This document shows, piece after piece, positions 59,325-64,000 of a DNA stretch of 64,000 nt. The notes beneath the pieces are model-generated. The model was not told where the DNA came from. It worked only from the letters and a program-made list of their open reading frames with translations, and did not search any database. The translations under genes and the position numbers were made by a program. Each line of letters opens with the position of its first letter. The first letter of the stretch is position 1. Source of the stretch: Mayamaea pseudoterrestris (Eukaryota); assembly GCA_027923505.1 (NCBI GenBank), contig BROI01000019.1:434001-498000 (forward strand), written 5' to 3'.

Positions 59325-62300
59325 ATGGTTGCGATTACTGCGGAAGCTTTGCAGCTTCTCTGCACGAACGTTTTCGGACGAGACATCCAAGAAGCGTTCT
59401 TGTTTTGGAATGTAACCACCACTACCCAGATGTTGAGATTGACCAAGGAGCAACTTGAAGCCCCCTACTGGGTCGACAGAGCCGCCATCCAAGCTGGCGT
59501 TGGACAACCTGAAGGCGCGCAACCCGACGATGCGCCCGGCGACGAGCCGGCCGAGGAACCGGCCGAGGAACAAGCAGCCGCCGCCCCAGAACGATACGAA
59601 ACGACACTAGCACCAGTCTACGTGAACCTTGTCCTCGATGCATGCGAATGGTTTACCATGCACGACGGACCCCCGAACACCAAGAAGTGGGCGTTGCTTG
59701 ATTTAGGCAAGCTCGAGCGATACCAAGCGATTCTCGCGGAACAAGAAATCGCGCGGAAGCGTGAAGAAGGATACTACGTACTCGAGTCCAAGAAGAAGCA
59801 AGCCGAGCTACTTGCCAAGCAACTCGAAAATGAGACCATCAAGGCTGAGAAGGCCGAAAAGGAAGAAGATGCCAAGGGTCGTTTCTCGAACCTCAAGACG
59901 AAACGAGACTATAAGGACTACAAAACGTTCCAACATCCCCACGCGTGGTTGAGTTGGAGCGCGTCTACCAAGGCAATCGCCAAGCTCCATGGCTGTTCTA
60001 ACGTGCTCGACAGCAAGTACGTACCAGTCACGGAAGAAGAGAAATTAGAATTCGAGAATCAGCAAGTCTTCATGTACACTGCGTTTCGCAATTGTCTCGA
60101 AGTCCCTGGACACCAGTCGCTCCTGATGAAGTACGGCGACAAGTCTGACGCTCAAGGCGTCTATCGCGAACTCGCGACCAAGTTTGGTTCCGGCGAGTTA
60201 GCTACCATCCAAGCGAACGAACTGCAAGCCAAGCTTGCGACGATTCGCCTAGATTCGACCTGGACGAAAGGACACTACAAGTTCCTAAACTACATCGAAC
60301 AGCTCATGAAGAATCTCGAAGAGTTCCGTCCTGGAGTGACGGATGACAAGAAAAAGTACTACTGGCTCCGAGCTGCAGTGGAAGGCGACGAAGAATTCGG
60401 CCCCACATGCACGACGTTCGACCAGCACTTGCAATTTGAACGACGACGCATCATCAGTGCAAATGGTGACCCAGACGCCGTCGTGACGGAAGATTATGAC
60501 TGTCTTTTCGACATGTTGTCGCAGCAGGCTCTGCGCGTCGACAACAAGAACGCCAAGTTGAATAAGGGCAAGAAGAACGCCGACCGCCAAGCGAACAACG
60601 CGAACACTTCCGGACAAGGACGTGGTAATGGACGCGGTTCCGGTCGTGGCGGAGGACGCGGCGGCCAAGGCGGACGCGGCGGTGGACGAGACGGTGGACG
60701 CGGTTCCCAAGTGAGCCGTGGTTCCGGAGGACGAGGCTCTTCCGCGCCACTACCAGCAGCCGGTACGCAAGCGCATCGGGAACGATTCCCTGGTGATTAT
60801 CTGAACTTTGAACAGTTGTTGCAGAACCCCTGGTCGTACATGTCGTACGAACGACTCGGCCGACTTAACGAGGACGAATACGCTCAGCTCATGGCTCGAC
60901 GCGAAGCCGTCCCAAGACCAGCCACGACAAGACGCGCGAACAATGGCAACCGCGCGAATAACCAGCAGTCACAAGCGGCTGCCTCGGTGCCTGGTACAAT
61001 CCTGTATCAGAATGATGCTGTCTCGATCGCCCCGACGACAGCCACTCAAGGTGCACCGGATGACATGATTAGATCTTTCCTTGCGAACGCTGCGTCGTCT
61101 CGCACTCAAGCTGCGAATAACACCCAGCAAGAGTTTATGGGAAGCGATGGGCGTCGGTACCGCGCAATGGTATCGGTGCGCTACACTGTGAATCGAGCTC
61201 GCAGCAACGAGACCCGCCAAGGATCGCTGATTGACGGCGGTGCGAACGGTGGACTCGCTGGAAGCGATATGAGAATCTTGAGTACTACCAACCACACGTG
61301 TAACGTGACAGGTTTGAGCGACCACACGGTTCGCGACCTCCAAGTCGGAACTGGCGTCGCATTGATTGAGACTCGGACTGGACCCATTATCGGTCAGTTC
61401 AACCAGTATGCTTTGTACGACGGTGCTGAATCCATTCATGCACCATCGCAGCTTCGTTCGTTCGGCCATCTGATCGACGACGTTGCTCGCTCCCAGAATG
61501 GAACACAAGCCATTGTCACCAGTTGTGGCAAGACCATCCCCTTGGCGATCCGCGACGGTTTGCCTCGAATGGATATGCGTCCGCCGACGGACGCAGAGTT
61601 GGAAATGTATCCGACGGTCATTTTCTCTGCGGACACCCTTTGGGATCCGGCGGACTTGGACAATGAATGGAACGAAGAAGAACTTGAGTTTAATCGTCAC
61701 CTCGACGAATTGGAAGAAACCCACGGTTTCGTCGACGCCCGCATGGATGACTTCGGCGACGCCACCTACCGGAACAACATGAATTCAGTGGAACGTGTGG
61801 TGCAGTATGTCGATCGCAATCAGGCTGATACGACGCGCCAAGCCAATGCACGACGCATAATGCCACAAGAACCTGACTACCAAGCGCTTCGACCCTACCT
61901 TGGCTACACGCCACTTGAACGAGTCAAGCGCACCATTAAGAATACGACACAGCTTTTCCGTGCATCGGCACACACCCCATTTCGCCAACACTTTAAGTCG
62001 CGATTCCCTGCCGCCAATGTGGTTCGTTTCCATGACGATACGGCGACAGATACCTGGTTTTCCAAGGAAGCCGCCTTTAACGACGGAATCCGCGGCCATG
62101 GCGGATGCAAGATGATGCAACTGTTCGTCGGCAAGAAGAGTCTGCTGACGAGGGGATACCCACTGAGAACCGAGAGTGACATGCCCATGGCGCTCGAAGA
62201 CTTCATTCGAGACATTGGCGCTCCCGACTTGCTCATTAGCGATAACTCGCGAGTGCAGCTCGGGAAGCAAGTTGAAACCTTGTTGCGATTCTACGCGATT

Positions 62301-64000
62301 CGTGACCAACAGAGCGAGCCCGGATACCAGAACCAGAACCCTGCCGAGCGTCGCATCCAAGAAGTCAAGTCATCAGTCCAGAACATCATGAACCGTACGG
62401 GCGCACCCGCTGGAGCCTGGCTCCTATGCGCGCTGTACGTAATCGCCTTATTCAACAATCTGGCGACCGAGTCCCTCAACTGGAAGACCCCTACTGAAGC
62501 CGCCTTCAACCGAGTACCCGACATTTCGCCGTTCCTGCAGTTCAAGTTCTGGGAACGAGTCCTGTACGAAGCTGGAGCCGACGAGCCGCCGACATTTCCT
62601 CACACCAAGGAAGCAGCAGGACGCTGGGTCGGCATTGCAGAGAACAAGGGTGACATCCTCACGTACCAAGTTCGATCCGATCGGACTGGAATGGTTGTCG
62701 TCCGATCCAACGTTCGTCCCTTCTCCGAAGGACGTAACCTACGCGCTGAAGCTGAAAGCGCTCCTGAACCCGAGTCCGAACGACCACTGTTCGCGGAACC
62801 TGTCTTCGACGCGCGCCCCGCGCGTGAACGAGTCCAAGTCGAAACTGTCGACGAGTTTGACGATGAGTATGACCTAGTCGGTCCGGTGTTTGAACACGAC
62901 CTTACACCGACCCCAGCGCCTGATTCTGGGGGAACCGTGGATGAAGACGCATTCACGTTGGAAAGCGCTGCCGAGTTAGCCGGTCTGGATCCCGACGGAC
63001 CCATGCCGTCCTTTACTCCGGCTGAACTGATGGGACGCACTGTCCTTCTTGACGAGGAAGACGGCTCCACGCGACGTTACAAGGTTATCGAGCAACTAAA
63101 CGATCGCGATGAAGCCAACCACAAGATTATCAAGTTTCGATTGAGTCTCGGCGACGGCGACGTCGACGAGCTTATTACCTACAACGAACTAGCCGACCTG
63201 TGCGAACGGCAAGATTCTTTACGACTGGGGGACGATGACAACGACGACCAGTACTACAAGTTTGATTTCATTGACGGACATGAAGGTCCACTGACACAAG
63301 CCGACGCTACGTATCGCGGCTCATCCTACAACTTGCTCATCCAATGGGCAAATGGCGAGAAGACCTGGGAGCCACTCGCATTGATTATCAAGTCCGACCC
63401 TGTGACCGTTGCCGAGTACGGCAAGCGCAAGGGTATGCTGGAAAAGGATGGATGGAAGCGCTTGAGGCGCATGGCAGGACGCACTAAAATGTTTAACCGC
63501 ATGTGCAAGGCTGCAAAGAAGAACCGTGTCCAAGAAGCGCGTTTCAAGTTTGGCGTTCAAGTTCCTAATACCTGGAAGGAAGCGAACCGCCTCGACGCTG
63601 CTAATGGAAACACCCTGTGGGCTGACGCCGTCAAGACTGAGATGGAGCAGCTACACGAGTACGACACTTTCATCGACAAGGGCATCGGTGCCTTCATGGA
63701 AAGTGATTGGAAGCGCATCAACGCGCATCTTGTTTTCGACTGCAAGAACGATCTACGACGTAAGGCCCGACTCGTCGCCGGGGGACATTTGACCGCTCCG
63801 CCCAAGGACTCCGCCTACTCCGGCGTTGTATCTATGCGAAGCATCCGAACCATAGCACTGTTAGCTGAACTGAACGACCTCAAGTTTTGGGCTGCCGATG
63901 TCGGTAACGCCTACCTCGAGGCCAAGACCAAGGAAAAGGTCTACATTGTTGCCGGTCCCGAGTTTGGACCATTGGAAGGCCATACCTTGGTCATCTACAA
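59325..64000 (+). CDS. Gag-Pol polyprotein (partial, no stop seen in window)
   Basis: ATG 59325 is in frame with LIDGGANGG (protease, ~61228), TATDTWF / ISDN / QNPAERRIQ (integrase DDE, ~62040-62360), HLVFDCK..KARLVAGGH and ADVGNAYL (RT, ~63725-63920). Missing from the ORF track, consistent with no in-window stop. Confidence 0.95.
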   Translation, partial: MVAITAEALQLLCTNVFGRDIQEAFLFWNVTTTTQMLRLTKEQLEAPYWVDRAAIQAGVGQPEGAQPDDAPGDEPAEEPAEEQAAAAPERYETTLAPVYVNLVLDACEWFTMHDGPPNTKKWALLDLGKLERYQAILAEQEIARKREEGYYVLESKKKQAELLAKQLENETIKAEKAEKEEDAKGRFSNLKTKRDYKDYKTFQHPHAWLSWSASTKAIAKLHGCSNVLDSKYVPVTEEEKLEFENQQVFMYTAFRNCLEVPGHQSLLMKYGDKSDAQGVYRELATKFGSGELATIQANELQAKLATIRLDSTWTKGHYKFLNYIEQLMKNLEEFRPGVTDDKKKYYWLRAAVEGDEEFGPTCTTFDQHLQFERRRIISANGDPDAVVTEDYDCLFDMLSQQALRVDNKNAKLNKGKKNADRQANNANTSGQGRGNGRGSGRGGGRGGQGGRGGGRDGGRGSQVSRGSGGRGSSAPLPAAGTQAHRERFPGDYLNFEQLLQNPWSYMSYERLGRLNEDEYAQLMARREAVPRPATTRRANNGNRANNQQSQAAASVPGTILYQNDAVSIAPTTATQGAPDDMIRSFLANAASSRTQAANNTQQEFMGSDGRRYRAMVSVRYTVNRARSNETRQGSLIDGGANGGLAGSDMRILSTTNHTCNVTGLSDHTVRDLQVGTGVALIETRTGPIIGQFNQYALYDGAESIHAPSQLRSFGHLIDDVARSQNGTQAIVTSCGKTIPLAIRDGLPRMDMRPPTDAELEMYPTVIFSADTLWDPADLDNEWNEEELEFNRHLDELEETHGFVDARMDDFGDATYRNNMNSVERVVQYVDRNQADTTRQANARRIMPQEPDYQALRPYLGYTPLERVKRTIKNTTQLFRASAHTPFRQHFKSRFPAANVVRFHDDTATDTWFSKEAAFNDGIRGHGGCKMMQLFVGKKSLLTRGYPLRTESDMPMALEDFIRDIGAPDLLISDNSRVQLGKQVETLLRFYAIRDQQSEPGYQNQNPAERRIQEVKSSVQNIMNRTGAPAGAWLLCALYVIALFNNLATESLNWKTPTEAAFNRVPDISPFLQFKFWERVLYEAGADEPPTFPHTKEAAGRWVGIAENKGDILTYQVRSDRTGMVVVRSNVRPFSEGRNLRAEAESAPEPESERPLFAEPVFDARPARERVQVETVDEFDDEYDLVGPVFEHDLTPTPAPDSGGTVDEDAFTLESAAELAGLDPDGPMPSFTPAELMGRTVLLDEEDGSTRRYKVIEQLNDRDEANHKIIKFRLSLGDGDVDELITYNELADLCERQDSLRLGDDDNDDQYYKFDFIDGHEGPLTQADATYRGSSYNLLIQWANGEKTWEPLALIIKSDPVTVAEYGKRKGMLEKDGWKRLRRMAGRTKMFNRMCKAAKKNRVQEARFKFGVQVPNTWKEANRLDAANGNTLWADAVKTEMEQLHEYDTFIDKGIGAFMESDWKRINAHLVFDCKNDLRRKARLVAGGHLTAPPKDSAYSGVVSMRSIRTIALLAELNDLKFWAADVGNAYLEAKTKEKVYIVAGPEFGPLEGHTLVIY

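Larger units (their letters stand above)
58815..64000 (+). mobile_element. Ty1/copia (CoDi-like) LTR retrotransposon, apparently intact, cut by the window end
   Basis: LTR, PBS, then a single ORF in gag-PR-IN-RT order. Confidence 0.97.

Noticed and set aside
59103..63805. Minus-strand and alternate-frame ORFs over the retroelement and the main genes
   Set aside because: Shadow ORFs of GC-rich coding sequence with no motifs of their own.
1..64000. The two copia elements as ends of one large composite element
   Set aside because: They point outward, each has its own 5' LTR and PBS, and LTR interiors and proteins are clearly different families.

Overview
Eukaryotic genomic DNA, most likely a diatom (inferred from bipartite plastid-targeting presequences, diatom-type H2A/H2B, CoDi-type copia elements and short GT-AG introns). 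A gene-dense, CpG-rich core (~8.3-53.0 kb, about 20 genes) carries H2A/H2B, a soluble adenylyl cyclase-like STAND protein, MATE, a DIX protein, a multi-Tudor protein, NIPA-like, PPCS, Snu114, FAAL-ACP, a methyltransferase, an OB-fold protein, GPALPP1-like, SLC26, RNase Z, CDKC, EF-hand/Tic20, an RRM protein and ABCF. It is bracketed on both sides by CpG-depleted repeat DNA. Both flanks contain the same 169-bp palindrome-bearing satellite, and each ends in an outward-pointing Ty1/copia LTR retrotransposon (left one frameshifted, right one apparently intact and running off the window). Most notable: (i) the satellite, with a covarying palindrome and a 1329-bp higher-order duplication; (ii) both retroelements have a primer-binding site matching the tRNA-Asn anticodon arm, suggesting half-tRNA priming; (iii) non-canonical histone 3' stem-loops; (iv) a FAAL-ACP ending in a CaaX box; (v) a 7-nt micro-exon in the RNase Z metal-binding motif. 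All calls are by eye; no database search was run.
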